64,000 nucleotides of DNA from Phoronis australis. Taxonomy: Eukaryota > Animalia > Phoronida. Below the pieces are notes generated by a model that was not told the origin of the DNA, ran no database searches, and saw only the letters and a list, made by a program, of their open reading frames with translations. Positions 11,340 to 25,000 of this stretch are shown in pieces; within the stretch, counting starts at the first letter, position 1, and each line of letters starts with the position of its first letter. Made by a program: the position numbers and the translations under genes. Location of the stretch: contig NMRA01000854.1 in the NCBI GenBank assembly GCA_002633005.1, forward strand, positions 39,629 through 103,628. The letters run 5' to 3'.

Positions 11340-13061
11340 TCAAACTGTGATCATTATGTATGGTAGTTTCTTCAAATTTGAACAAATCAAAATCGGAGTT
11401 TTCTATTTTTCAGCTTTCTGCTGTGTTACAGTGATGTATGTAGGGCTGGGTTCATCTCTCGTAACGGAAGATAACCATGCCCTCCCCACACCTAGTTACA
11501 CCAAAATTTTGATATTCATCACATCTTGATTGATGCAGATCATGGAGTGAACGAGTTCTGCGATAAACTTTTCAATTTTGCACAGTAATTGCAAAATAAC
11601 AAAAAATGGAATTACACATGTCCGCCATGTTGTGTGATAAATTGAAGAGCATTTTATAATTCATTTTTGTTGGGTATCTTCAGAGCTCCCATTGTTTGTT
11701 CCAAGTTGAAGAAACGTTTACCCTATGACACTGCACTTATCTTACTGAATTGGTGGGTATTTTTTCGTTGTGGTTAATATGCTGTTATATAAAATCAACA
11801 GGATTCAAAAAGAAATGTCCTACTTTCAAGTTCATCAGCTTGTGTTGTTCTTGGCCATGGTCAGAGCACAAAACTGGAAAGGTCAACACAAATATTAGAG
11901 ATTAAATTCACCTTCCACCAAAGAAATTCCAACTTTTGACACATAGCACTGTGTAAGTAGTCTCAACTCGATTGATTATTAGGTCTGGAAAGAACAGACT
12001 CTTCATAATTGTTACACTATACAGTGTTTAAAAACTTCTTGAACCTGGTCTCCATGCTCCAATTCTTACGGAGCCCAAATTCACCTCTAGAGATCTCGGT
12101 AAAACAAACAACTGAAATGACAAAGGTCTAAATTGAGTTATTTCTTTATGGAAGGCAGGTTCTGAGCAGTTTTGAAGCCACGTACAGTGTCACCTTTGAA
12201 AACTATTGTTTGTTTCATGATATGGGGTGGAAGTTGTGGAACCCTGAATGCATGGATGACAATCATAACATGCATATGAAATGCAGAACTTCTTGTTTAT
12301 GAAGGGGTAGCCTGATTTTAACTACAGGAAACTTGTGGCATTGCGAGATGCGGGGCTTTGTGTTTCATTGCGAGTACATAAATCCCACACTAGAAAATCT
12401 CATTGATGAACTACAGTCCATTCTACACATAAAGGCGAATGACTTCACAGACTGAAAGCAGTCTTGCTAACCTTCAGCAATAAAAGACCAGAGTAAAAAC
12501 AAATCTTATGAAGAGTTTATTCAGCAATATTGTTAACAGTCATCTCAAATTAATAACATCGACAATAAATAAAGCACTTTGAACACAGCGGATAGGATTG
12601 ACAACAAAGTATTTTATTTTTCAGTTTGTACTAACCTAACACAGAATGTTTTCCACTGTAATAATCCCAATCAACAGCTGTTTCCATCACTAAGCTAACA
12701 TTATGTGGCACTACACAGAGATCTAGTACACACTCAACAGATCGATAGTGAGATTTATATGCATTTACAAAGAGCTTACTTACAGTTTTGCTGAGAAATT
12801 TACCTGGCATAGGGTTCATTATTACAAAATACATAAGCTACAAAAAGACTAGGAACAATGCACGGCACTGGAAATAGTTACAACTAGCCCGCTTGCCATT
12901 TATCAAGAGTAGTAAAAATAAAGCATGCGTTACACACCGACTTTCCTTTTAATTGTATACACGACTAAATAGAAAGGTTGAAATTGGATGAATGTAAACA
13001 TAGAGTGAGACTTAACGGTAGTCGAGGCAGCAGTGGTCTGGTGATGTTGTTCTTTGTACAC

Positions 13062-16000
13062 TTACTGTTGCTTGCAGTCGCCAGGAGTCTCGCCCTGTAA
13101 TGACAAACAAATTACCTTGTGACAACAAAACTCAGGGTGGAAATAATTCATGGCCACGCCTCATTGTCATCAATTCCTATGTTAGCCTTGACCAGTGGGG
13201 GAGCGTATATTGACAGTTGTGTCGTCCACAAGCTCGTAAAGCTCATCATTGCAAGCATTAATTCAGCATAAGTTGGCCCAAGGTTTCTTCAGAGTTTATT
13301 GGCTGCTTGGTTATTCAAAAAGTTAACAAGAGCAATGCGGAGTGGTGAAATGCACCCACGAATGCACCGCAAATGGTGAGCTTCCAGGGGTTGCTTCTTT
13401 TTAGAGCTATTTGGTTGATAGAGGGGTGGACGTCAAAAAACAGACTCGAAAACAGTAAAATGGCCACTAGGTGGTGCAAAATACCTCGAATCCATCCGAA
13501 AACTGGAGGATAGCTTCATCTTGCCAAATTTTATAAAAATCCATTGAGGACCTTTGAAGATACAGAAGTAAACCTAAAAAACTAAAATTGCCACTAGGGG
13601 ACACAATGGTAGTCTGATCCGTCTGAAAGTTTGCTCATGCCGTCCCATACATGAAAGGAACACGTGCAAAATTTCATGAAAACACGTCAAAGGTTTTGGA
13701 GATGAAGCAGCAGATGCCAGATGGATGGCCGGGATAATGGCATAATGCATCAGCATATAAATACGCAGGCGCATAAGGAATAACCAACAGAAAACTAAAA
13801 TTTATATTTAAGGAAAATCCCCTGATGCATGCAAACGTTCATGGCGTGTCGACCTTACAATCAGTTTTTCACATTCAAAACAGCCCACAGAAATTCGATC
13901 AGGGAGTTTACTAAGCTCAAAATATGAACGGCAAATCGAGAAGACTCTGGTTTAGTCTCTAAAACAGCACACGGTGAAGCTTTGGTGTCGGAGGAGCTTC
14001 CAGTAAGTACAGTCTCGTATAGCGTTACTCTTCAGTGTAGGAGATTTTAGTGTGCACTGCTTGTAGTTGCCATGGTTTGAAGTTTAAGACTGCATTGAGT
14101 TATGGGTACCAAGACTGCACTGAGTTTGATTTGAGTGACAAAAAAACAAAATGTACACCATCTGTAATATGCAAGCTGATGAAATGTAGAAGCAATCAAA
14201 TGAAGCTAACAGAATTTACCAAGGCATCAGAAGGGGACTTAAACCAGCATGTCGCACTGTTCAGCTGACGAAGAAACAAAACTCACATTTTGGCCTTTTA
14301 CTTTATCAAACCGGTCTCACAATATTCCTTACTGTGACAGGATTCCATTTCTGATAGCAATTAGTACTGTTAGGGTTGCCCATCCCCAATAGAAGCCTAA
14401 AGCATTTTCTGTAGTCTCTTATGGTTTTGATATTCTTTTTGGTAACAAGAATGCAATCCTATCACAGTAAATAACCTTCTTTGATTTTTGTTCTTAGCCA
14501 GCTAAACAGGACGGAATGCAGCTTTAAGCAAGAAATGACAACTTAACTTGGGAGAGGGGTCTCCTCTTAGCACTCGAAATCAAAGTTTTGCCTCTTTTCA
14601 ATTCTACTTATGCCCAAATTAAAGATAATTGTTGATTTTTCTGTGCTCAATGAAAACTGTTAATGTGGATAACTGACCAATCCTAGTTTGTAGTTAATAA
14701 CCCCAGCATTACAGGTATAAATTTGAGTTTGAACTCGAGACCTCGAGTTTTTACTAGGAATCTCAAGTGTGTTCAAGCTTGAAGCTCGATTATAGGGACA
14801 GAGCGTAGAATAACACACATCTATCTTGAATTCACATAAAAGTAGACGGGAAAATGTCAAAAATAACAATGAGCTTAATTTCGAGTACCTAGAGTGAACC
14901 CCAGGCCAAGGACAGTACAGACCAGAGGATCATCCAACATGTAAAGACACACCCCAGTTCATGCACCAATCACATGTAGCCAGCAGCTTTGCGCTGCATT
15001 GGTACAACGTCACAAACCATGGCAACAAGTTTCCCAAATGTTTCCAAACAGGTCAATAACGTCCTACATCTCCTTACATTATATACTATGTACAATCTCC
15101 TTGCACAAGTCTCAGACAATGCATTATTACATAACATAAGGACGGACAGCTTGTTTTTCACTTGACAGATGTCAATGCATGTAATGAACAGAGATCTCAA
15201 AACTACTCTGTACTTTATTTTCACCCATTTATAACCCACGAAGGCTTACAGCAAACGAGAGGCATCACACGAATAGGAACAATTCGAAAATTTTAGCCTT
15301 CCATGCATTTGCATTTTTATTGGCAATTAATAAAAAACAAATTTCAATGCTGTTCAATTGCCACAATCATGTTAATGATTCAACACCAGGAATTTTAAAA
15401 TCAAATTGAAAAATTTAATCAACTTTATATATTTTTGAAAAACATTTGATTATGTGCTGAAAGAGCATCATAAAAGTGAAATTCCCGAAGCTTTTATCTG
15501 TCAGACTAGAAGCTGAAAGATTAACAATAATTATTATACCGTTTCTAACACTCTTTAGATATTCACTGAACACTTCACATAAAGTTGAATTAAAATCCAA
15601 GATCCTAATAAGAACACCGAGATTTCACATCAGCCAGTTTTACAACATAAAATCAACAGGTGAGTGAAAATAAACAGACATTTTCAATTCTTAAACAGAA
15701 ACCACCATTCTTGGTTCATGGTGACATTTTTTTTTAATTTCTCGAGACCTGTGGAAGCAGACGCCAGGAAGGCAGGGCAAGAGGCTTCCACGATTCAAAC
15801 AGAGTGTTTGACTGTCCTTGATAGCTATTGAGCAGTGGTACACCAAAACACGGATGATTTGGGCAACATATCTACCAACTGCATAAAAATCAAATGCCCT
15901 CATTTAAGATGCATGCACGGTCTCTTGCATTGAAACTCAAGCCAAAGAGAACATAAAACAATTCCAGAATGCCGAGTAACTGTAGTTAGATCATAGCAAC

Positions 16001-19000
16001 AGCAGAGATTAACTGAGTTATACACCAATATACATGCAAGTACAATGATTTACCTGAATTTCACAATCCATTAGGCTAGTTAGCCTGATGGTCTAATGCT
16101 CCTAGCAAAAACAAAATTATTTAGTTCACAGTAGAAGCAGACGACGCTCAAGTGCGAGAGCCCCGTATAAATAAAAATACTCTGTGAACACAGCCGACAC
16201 CAAAGTCTTCAAGATAAGCCAAGGTTTTCTTTTACTAACCAAGCTCTTGCATTTCAAGCACTACATTAGATGATAGACATTTTACAATTCAATTAAAACC
16301 CATTTTGTAACATGTCTATCCCCATCACTGTAGCAGATCTCCACTGTATCACTATGGGCTAATTGAACGGTAAAACAGATTCCAGTTAACTTGTACACAC
16401 TGGGCAAACAACCGTGGAGAAATTTACTTGGATTGGTAAAGACTAGGTTAACATCAATTTTGTAAGAAATGATTTGTCCTACTTGTAAATGATTCCTACT
16501 TGTAATACACGTTTAAGATATTTGAAATGCAAATGTGTTCAACACCCTTGACCATTGCGGCTCCATGCGCTGTTTGTGGTTTCTTTCCTGGTTAGGAAAA
16601 TGAACAAATGAAACTACTTTTTGATGGGTCACATTCAAGCAACGACAGCATTGGATACCTTACATTTACCCACAGCTAAAACAGTGCAGAGCCAGCTTGA
16701 GGTTTGCTCTGATACAATGTATGCAGAACCACAAGCAATATACTCACAGGTGCTGGCTTGTAATCAGGATCATTGTCGTCGTCATCGTCATCCTGGTCAT
16801 CGCCCACGTCCCCGTCATCGCCTTCTTCTTCTTCATACTAAATGAAGAAAAATACAAGGACCATGTAGTACTGAGAAACAATGGTGAACAGAGTCACAAC
16901 TACACAACAGGAAAATCATCACAAAGACTAGAAAAAATTCTTGTTCTTGTTGCTTTCTAAGGGTGCGGAACCCATAGTCACACAGCTATCACTATCAGTC
17001 AGGTAAACAGGATTCATCAAAGCAAACACAAGCAGTTGAACTGTAATTCTATGTCAATACATGTCAAGCGTATAGTTTGCAGCTATCTCCATAGCACACA
17101 ATCAGGTCATTATGTTGAGACACTGCAGTAATGCAATAACCCTTTGAAAAATGGAGAAATTATAGTTTTGGCAATAATTTTTGCCAAACTGACAAAATTG
17201 TTTAGTAGGCAGTTTAATCTTGGTATATCAAACCAAGCAGACTCCAAGAATTCAGCAAATCAATGGCAAGGTTTGACTTTTTGACATGGTAAAAATCCCA
17301 CACATCTGACATTGTGAAACATAATGGAGTTAGGAATTGTTCAGCAAAAACTGGACGGGAAGACTGTTATCTCAGGTGTTCCAGCCAACTTTTGCTCAGT
17401 TTATCCCGGGTGTTCCAGCCGACTTTTGCTCAGTTTATCCCTGGTGTTCCAGCCGACTTTTGCTCAGTTTATCCCGGGTGTTCCAACCCATTTTTGCTCA
17501 GTTTATCTCGGGTCGCCTAGCCGACTTTTGCTCAGTTTATCTTGGGAGTTCCAGCCGACTTTTGCTCAGTTTGCCAGTACTTCAATTCAGATATCTTATC
17601 TTCTCATGTATAGACAACAATGTCTACATCCAATGTGCACATAGAACAAACTGCACTCACCTCTTCGTCTTCTAATGCCTCTCCCGTGAAGTAAAGCACA
17701 GCCCGAGGCACAACACGTTCCCGGATAAAATGGCCGATCTCGTAATCAGCAGCTAACAGTTCCTCCGTTTCCTCGTCCAACTCAAAGTCTTCACCCTCGG
17801 GAACTGTTCAGTAAGACAACAATGACAGTTAATTTGCTGGATCCGAGTTTGGTGAATAAGGTGGTTAAAATTGAAATAAAGAATGTTTTTGTATCTTATA
17901 CATCAGAACAAATTGTGATTTTTGGTCTGGGTCAAAAAAATTCCAAAAGTTTCAGATCCTTTTATTTTCTAACAATAATCCTGCAACAAATTTTAAATTT
18001 TTCAAGTTTATTGTAGACAATTAGATAATGCAAGGAGACATGGTTTTGGTGAATTTTTGTAGACTTGTTGATTAACGTCATTTGTTTCCATGAATTAATA
18101 CAAAAGAATCAGTTTAATTTAAATTCCAGTAATCTTATTCGTCAATCTCGGGTCCAGCAAATTAAAATGCTCGACATACAGTTTTGTGTGAATTTGTGCC
18201 TTTTCAAAGAAGTACTAAGGGCTGTTCCAGTAAAATCCGTGTGGGAGGGGGGGACAGCAGTAGAAATAAAAATTCATGGGTGGTGGTCTTCAGAAAAAAA
18301 CTCAAATTATGGGTTGTTGTTCCTGTAAGAAGTGATGCATTAAAAATGGGTGGTATTTTTTGACCTGTTAATGTTGACAGGTTGGTTACTGAAAAAATGC
18401 AATTGGCATGTATCTTAACTTATTTCAATACAAAAAAGCCCATATTGCCAAAGAACAGAGTGCAATATGTTCACTTAGCCATTAATCAACTCATGGGCAA
18501 CTTGATTTCAGCCAACTGTTTGTCTGCAGTCCTATTGAATTGAAAAGTTATGCAACACTAAACTGGTGTTAACACATATAAGAAAATTGATGATTTTTAA
18601 GTAAAAAGTATGAGGAGTAAGATAAACAAGTTCCAATATTCACTCGACATAGAAGTATAAAAGAGTTTGTGGAGACAGTTTGAGATTCATAGATCCTTAT
18701 AATTGAAAAAATGTTCATTGAAATTATAGACACATGGTGAACAGAGACACCTGGTGGCTGCCAAAAGTATTGCTCACAGGCTACCTTAGTTTTTGGCAAT
18801 ATTGGACAAGGCAACTAGTTCTTGTCTGTCAATCATCTTAACAGGTCCTCCTGGAGGCAATTTGTTAGCAAGTGTTGGATTTTATATTTTAACCTATTAA
18901 AAATGATTAAAAAATTATGGGTCATGGGTTGGAGAAATAAATGAAAAATATGGGCGGTGGGTACGAAATAAAAGTGCCTCCCCCCTCCCATACAGATTTT

Positions 19001-22000
19001 GCTGGAACAGCCCTAAGGCCAAAAAACTTCAAATTGAAAGTATAGCAACGCAGCAATACTAACCACTAGTGTTAAGTAAAAGTATAGGCACCGACCTACA
19101 GTATTTATTTAGAAAAATTCAAAGTGAACGAAAATACAAAAACAGATTGTCATTTACACGTCACAGTAGCAAACTGCTCATTTGATGAATCACAAGTCAA
19201 TGCTGAATGTGATTTGGATTTTATATTTACTCAAGCTTCAAAACAATATGAGTGTTCAGCATAACTTATCCTCCATCTAGATCGGAAGTGAATCCATGGC
19301 ATTAAATCTTCACATTTCCTAGGTAACACTGCACGACACTCGAAGACATGAACAGGAACGAAAATAGACATGACCGATACATGTCATGAGACAAGGAAAC
19401 CCCCTTTAACCGTATGGTGAGCAGCCACTGCCCTACAAACAGCATTATGAGTACCTAGCCACTTACGTTCAGGGGGGTTGAAGAAGTTGAAGAAAGAGTC
19501 TTCCTGGACCTGCTTGGTGACGACACGTGTGGTGCCGCGGCCCTTGTGTTTCTGTTTCTTTTTAACCAACTTCACCGTCACATTCATGTTCTTCATCCAG
19601 TCAATAGTACACCTGCAGAGGACAGTGACAGTTGTTACAACAAATATGGTCTCAGTGTTTACAGCAATTCTCCACTTTATTCGCACAAATGTGATTGCCA
19701 AACTTCGGTTTCCAAAGGCGTACTACCATGCCAAAAACAATGAAAACTTTGTCTAATGATGCTTTAGGACATCTAAGACTACAATGTTCTTAATCTACAA
19801 GTTTGGAGACATTTGAAAAACTAGAATTTCACCTTTCGATCATATTGGGTGCTACATATGTAAAGAATTGCTGTACTGAAATTTCCACCTTTCTTGCCCT
19901 CTTAGTATCATTTTAATGTATATCCCATGATAGTCACATTATTCAGTTACATAATCTCCATGCTGACAATACAGCTACGGGCACAATAGCGCAAACCAGT
20001 GATTCCCGAATTTCCCATTAAGTTTTCGATTGTCTTTATTGCAGTTAATAAAAAACTTAAGTCACATTTTAGCAGAGGTTTTACGCCCGATCATACCTAA
20101 CAGTCATCAGCACATTTCTTATAAACGGCATGCTGCATTTGTTTACAGCAGTAAAACATGGCGACTAAATGGCAAATATTCTGGCTTTGACGACCACCTT
20201 CATGAGCCCGCTTGAAGAATAACGTGGAGATTAAAATCAAAGTTTCAACCCTCTTAGCTAAGAATGAACTTGTTATCTTTGACAAAAACATGCCCCTTGA
20301 ATTTTACGAGGAGTCAACACACACCAACAGGGTCTACACACTGTACATCCACCGCAAAGCGACCTATGACTTCTCTTACCCTTTACATCTGATGATCTCT
20401 GGTCCCTCAAATCCAAATGGGTCCGACTCGTCAGGTTCGGAGCGCATGAAGTAGGTTTTTGTCAACACTGTATTGCTGAAGTACTCGTTGGGCTCAAAGT
20501 GAAACTCTAATATAAATCCCTACAAAGTAATGCCAGTGACAGTTAAATATTGGTACCCACGGTATCTAGTTATTTACAGTGATGGTATTAGTCAGAAAAA
20601 TGGTTTCCAATGCGATAAGTCCAAAACGGAATCAAAAGCTGAGTGGTCACAATCCAGCACTATACTGACACAGTTAAACCCCACTTGATAAATGGCAACC
20701 GTATTTTATGTTTAACATATTCAAATTCAGAGAATGGCCGGCAGAGAACAGTGAAAATTGGTAATTTGTAACAAAGAACTTTTTTATTGCTCTGGTCAAA
20801 ACTAATAACTTCAAGGTCTATCCCATCCAACAAAATCCCAAAATGCGTTTTCCATTCATAAAACCAATTACGTCTCTTTACTTACATGTATTCCAACATA
20901 GCCTACACCATACTTGTAAATCTTGAGCAATACTTGAAAAGCTCTCAGCCAAGTTTACAATCTTGAACAATGCTTGAAAAGTTCCGAGCCAAGTTTGCAA
21001 TCCTGAGCAATGCTTGAAAAGCTCCGAGCCAAATTTGCAATCTTGAGCAACATGCTATGAATAATACGCTGACACGAAAGTCACGTATTTCTAAAGATAT
21101 GCATGACTTTTCACCACTCGTCCTTCTGGTCGGCTTTTACAAGGAACAAAGAGAGCGCGGCGCCAGAGTAGGACTCAGTTGCAATGACTGCATTGTCTGG
21201 TGCAAGCAAGACCCAATTAAGTGTTATTACCCAACCATAAACTATAGTAAGCATTTCTGCCTGAACATACTGAAGAATTTTCAAAATGCGTAAACCAACA
21301 GTTTCGTTAAAAACAAATACCACAGCGGTATTAAGATGGAAAAAACAACCAAGTTTGGTTTTTGATTTTCAGAAATCCGTAAACTACTAAGCTAAAAACT
21401 ACAAACATTGGGTACGATTGAAGATAGACGACGGTGCGTATTTATATACAAACACTGATCAGAGTTAACAATTTCACGTGGATTATTCTTTTAATATACA
21501 ACTAAGCTACATTGAAACATCTATAAACAACACACAGTGACTAAATTAGATGTCAACAACTTTTAAAACATTGCTTATGGTCCAGTGCATGCCGACCTAC
21601 TTAACTCGAGGAGTAGTACACTAACCGGAAAACTGATGTTCATGGAGATGTGCCAATTTCGATAGTTAGCTTGTAGTTGAAAAGGAATACGTGTAAAGAC
21701 GAGAAGATGGCTAGTTTGTAATCAACGAGCAGTGGATGAGGTTGGTCGGTGGGCAAGAGCTGTGATTTCATTCTTATGACTTAGGAAAAGCTAGAATAGT
21801 TATGTAGTTACTGCAACCAAAAGTGTCCAGAGGTTCCAAATCTTCAGCTTGGCTATCACCATATTTGGACTTTTGTATATATTTTATGATTGGAGTTCTA
21901 ATAAAGATTTAACTTGAACTGATGACAGGTGTAGTTTTGTTTGCTGTGACGTGTTTGACGTAGCTGGAAAATTCAGGCATGGGTTCATATTAACTGACTG

Positions 22001-25000
22001 CTAAGTTGTTCTGATACTTCATTTCAAAACAAAACAAAAAGATAGCAACCCTAACCGGTAAGAAAAAAAAAACAAGTAGACCGGAGTATTAAAAATAACA
22101 GGTATGAAACATATTTAAAACCAACCTTCCTTTGGGAAGTGGCCCTTTGCCAAGATCAACGCGAATTAACTTTTTAGTCTTTTTGTAATATTTAAAATGT
22201 ACAGAGTTAAAGCTACTCTCCACATTGCAGGCTTTAACTCTCCACATTTACCAGAGAAAACCAATTTGTGTGTAATAACAACCACCATTGTTAAGAAAGT
22301 AGTGTTAGCTATTACCTTTCCACTTCATTAGCTCAGATCTGCATCAATACAAAGGGCATGCTGAATAGGCATCAAAAAAAGATGTCCGGGGCTTAGGTAA
22401 TCTGAGTGGTGACCAGTGTAAACGAGAAATTCTCCACATGAATGCTTGAAAAGCTCTGAGTGAAGTTTGCAATCTTGAGCAATGCTTGAAATGCTCTGAG
22501 CCAAGTTTGCAATCTAGACCTATGTTTGAAAAGCTCTGGGTTATGTCTGCTTTACAAGACAAACAATTGAAATTGTCTTGCATAGTGGTATTTATTTTAA
22601 ATTTGTGCTTTTGCTGCGTAAAAATAATAACGGCATGGTCAGCAAGAGAAAATATTTCGTTAACTCTACCATAGTTGTTCCTGTGATTAGGAGAAAAGAT
22701 TAGGACGTAAAAACTTGACGCAGAAATTAGCACCATGCATAGACTTTTGCTAGTATTTTAAGTTTGACGTCCCAATAACAGTGTACGCATATACACCACA
22801 CATACACCATACACATACACCCAACATATACACCAAACATATACACCAAACTTACCATAGGATCAGACTCTAAGAACTTGAGCTTTATGTCTGTGAGATG
22901 CTTGAGGATGGGTTCATCATGTTCTTGGATCATCGAGTCCAGCATGTCTACATTTTTAAGTGTTGTTAACCAGAACTGAGGTACACCAGGTGGAGCCTCT
23001 AAAGGAACAAATGTACATCACACATTTTACATTTGACATGTCTCAATAGTAAAGAAAACGAATCTACTGCTTTGTCTGCTAAACGAGGCAACTAACACAA
23101 GTTCCCGTCGAAGAAAAAAACTTTTGAGTTGGCCCACTTCCTGCTTTAAAATTAGTTTCAACTAGTTCCTAACTCAGAAGTAATCAGTTTTGCGCAATAA
23201 CCAGCGGTCAGTTCTTTCTAAGTTCAGAAATCACCTCTAACCCGACTCGGAAACAATTTGAGACCAATTTTATAACAGTTAAGTGGTCTAAATCAAAAGC
23301 CACTTTTTGTGACAGACAGCAGATTTATAGCCACATTAAATAAGCATTTAAACGAGTGACTCATCTGTCACTTGGTGGCGCTAATGAAGGAAGTCTTCTT
23401 CACCAACAGGGGGAGCACCTAGGGGATGAGAACCCCATGTGACCTCCTCAACACATGCAGTTCTACAGGCAGTCTATTGCTTCATCAATGCCACCCATCA
23501 AGTTGCCAACAAAATGTCCAATTACGTCGAATAAACAGAAGCAAAAATAGTGTAATTTGTGTTCATCTCTAACATACAGTGGCAGCTATTTTAGGACTAA
23601 CAGACAACAAGGTGTAGGTGTACAAGCTGCTTTACCGTGATATACGTCATGGTTTTTCTTCTAAAGCACTCGCACTGCTTTTAAAACCTCACATGACCAG
23701 ACAGTAATTGCCATTGCTGCAGTGGGACTGACTGAATACCGCATCTTTTGATTTTCATTTGTGAAATATTTTAGACAAATAACTAAAAATGAAACTTGTG
23801 CACCCAAAAATAAAATTTTTGTTCCTTATCACGTTTTAATCGTCCTATGGTGGACTCGTTTCAATAAATTTGTGAATGGTCGAACAACTTCATACCTATA
23901 TAACCACAAGAGCAACGGGGAGCATTGAAATGCGTCCACGAATGCACCACAAACGGTGTGCTTCTAGAGTCATTTGTTTCGTAAAAATGGCCACTAGATG
24001 ATGCAAAAACGTCCAATCCATCTGAAAACGGGAACATGTCATGGATTCTTTAATAGTAAGCTGTTTACCAAACTTCATAAAAATCCATCAAGGTACTTCA
24101 GAGAAAGAAATGAAAATGGAAGCAATGAAATTGCAACTAAAGGGCACAGCGTTCAATGGATTCACCTGAAAGATGTCGTTTGTTGTTAGCTTCATATAAA
24201 TACAATTACAAAGATTCTGCAGTGGGTTTAGGAGATGCAGCTATGGGCGCAAAACAAAACAAAACTACCACTAGGAGGCGACACAGTAGTCGAAGTCATC
24301 ATCGTCAACCGTCCTCTTCACACTGAGAACATATACCCCAATTTTCAAATCATCCTTAGATTGGTTTGGTTGATCGAGGGTTGGACAAAAATGGCCACTA
24401 GGTGGCCAAACGTAAGTCAATTCCATCCAAAAATGGGAGGATAGTATCATATCACCAATAGATGCTTATATTTCAAATTTTCAGAAAATCCGTTGAGGAC
24501 CTTCGAAGATAGAGGTAAACGTAAAAAACTAAAATTGCCATTAGGGGGCATACCGGTAGACAGATCCGTCTGAAAGTCGTCATCGTTCGTTGTCAACATC
24601 ATACAAATACACCTGGTAAATTTAGTAAAAATCCTGCAAACGGTTTAAGAGATATAGCCACTGGTGCAAAAAAAAACAACAAAACTGTCACTAGGAGGCG
24701 CCACAGTAGTCAAAGTCATTGGAAAATCATCGTCAGCCATCCTCTTCATAGTAAAAACATGCATGCCAATTTTCACAATCATCCTTAGAGCGGTTTGGTT
24801 GATAGAGGAGTGGGCGCCAAAAACCAGATTCGAAAACAGTAAAAATGGCCACTAGGTGGCGCAAACTACGTTGAATGCACCCAAAAACGGAAGGATAGCG
24901 TCATTTCACTGCCTGTGCGCCAAATTTTATGGATATACATTGAGGACCTTGGAAGATACAGTTAAATGTAAAAAACTAAAATTGCCACTAGGGGGCACAC

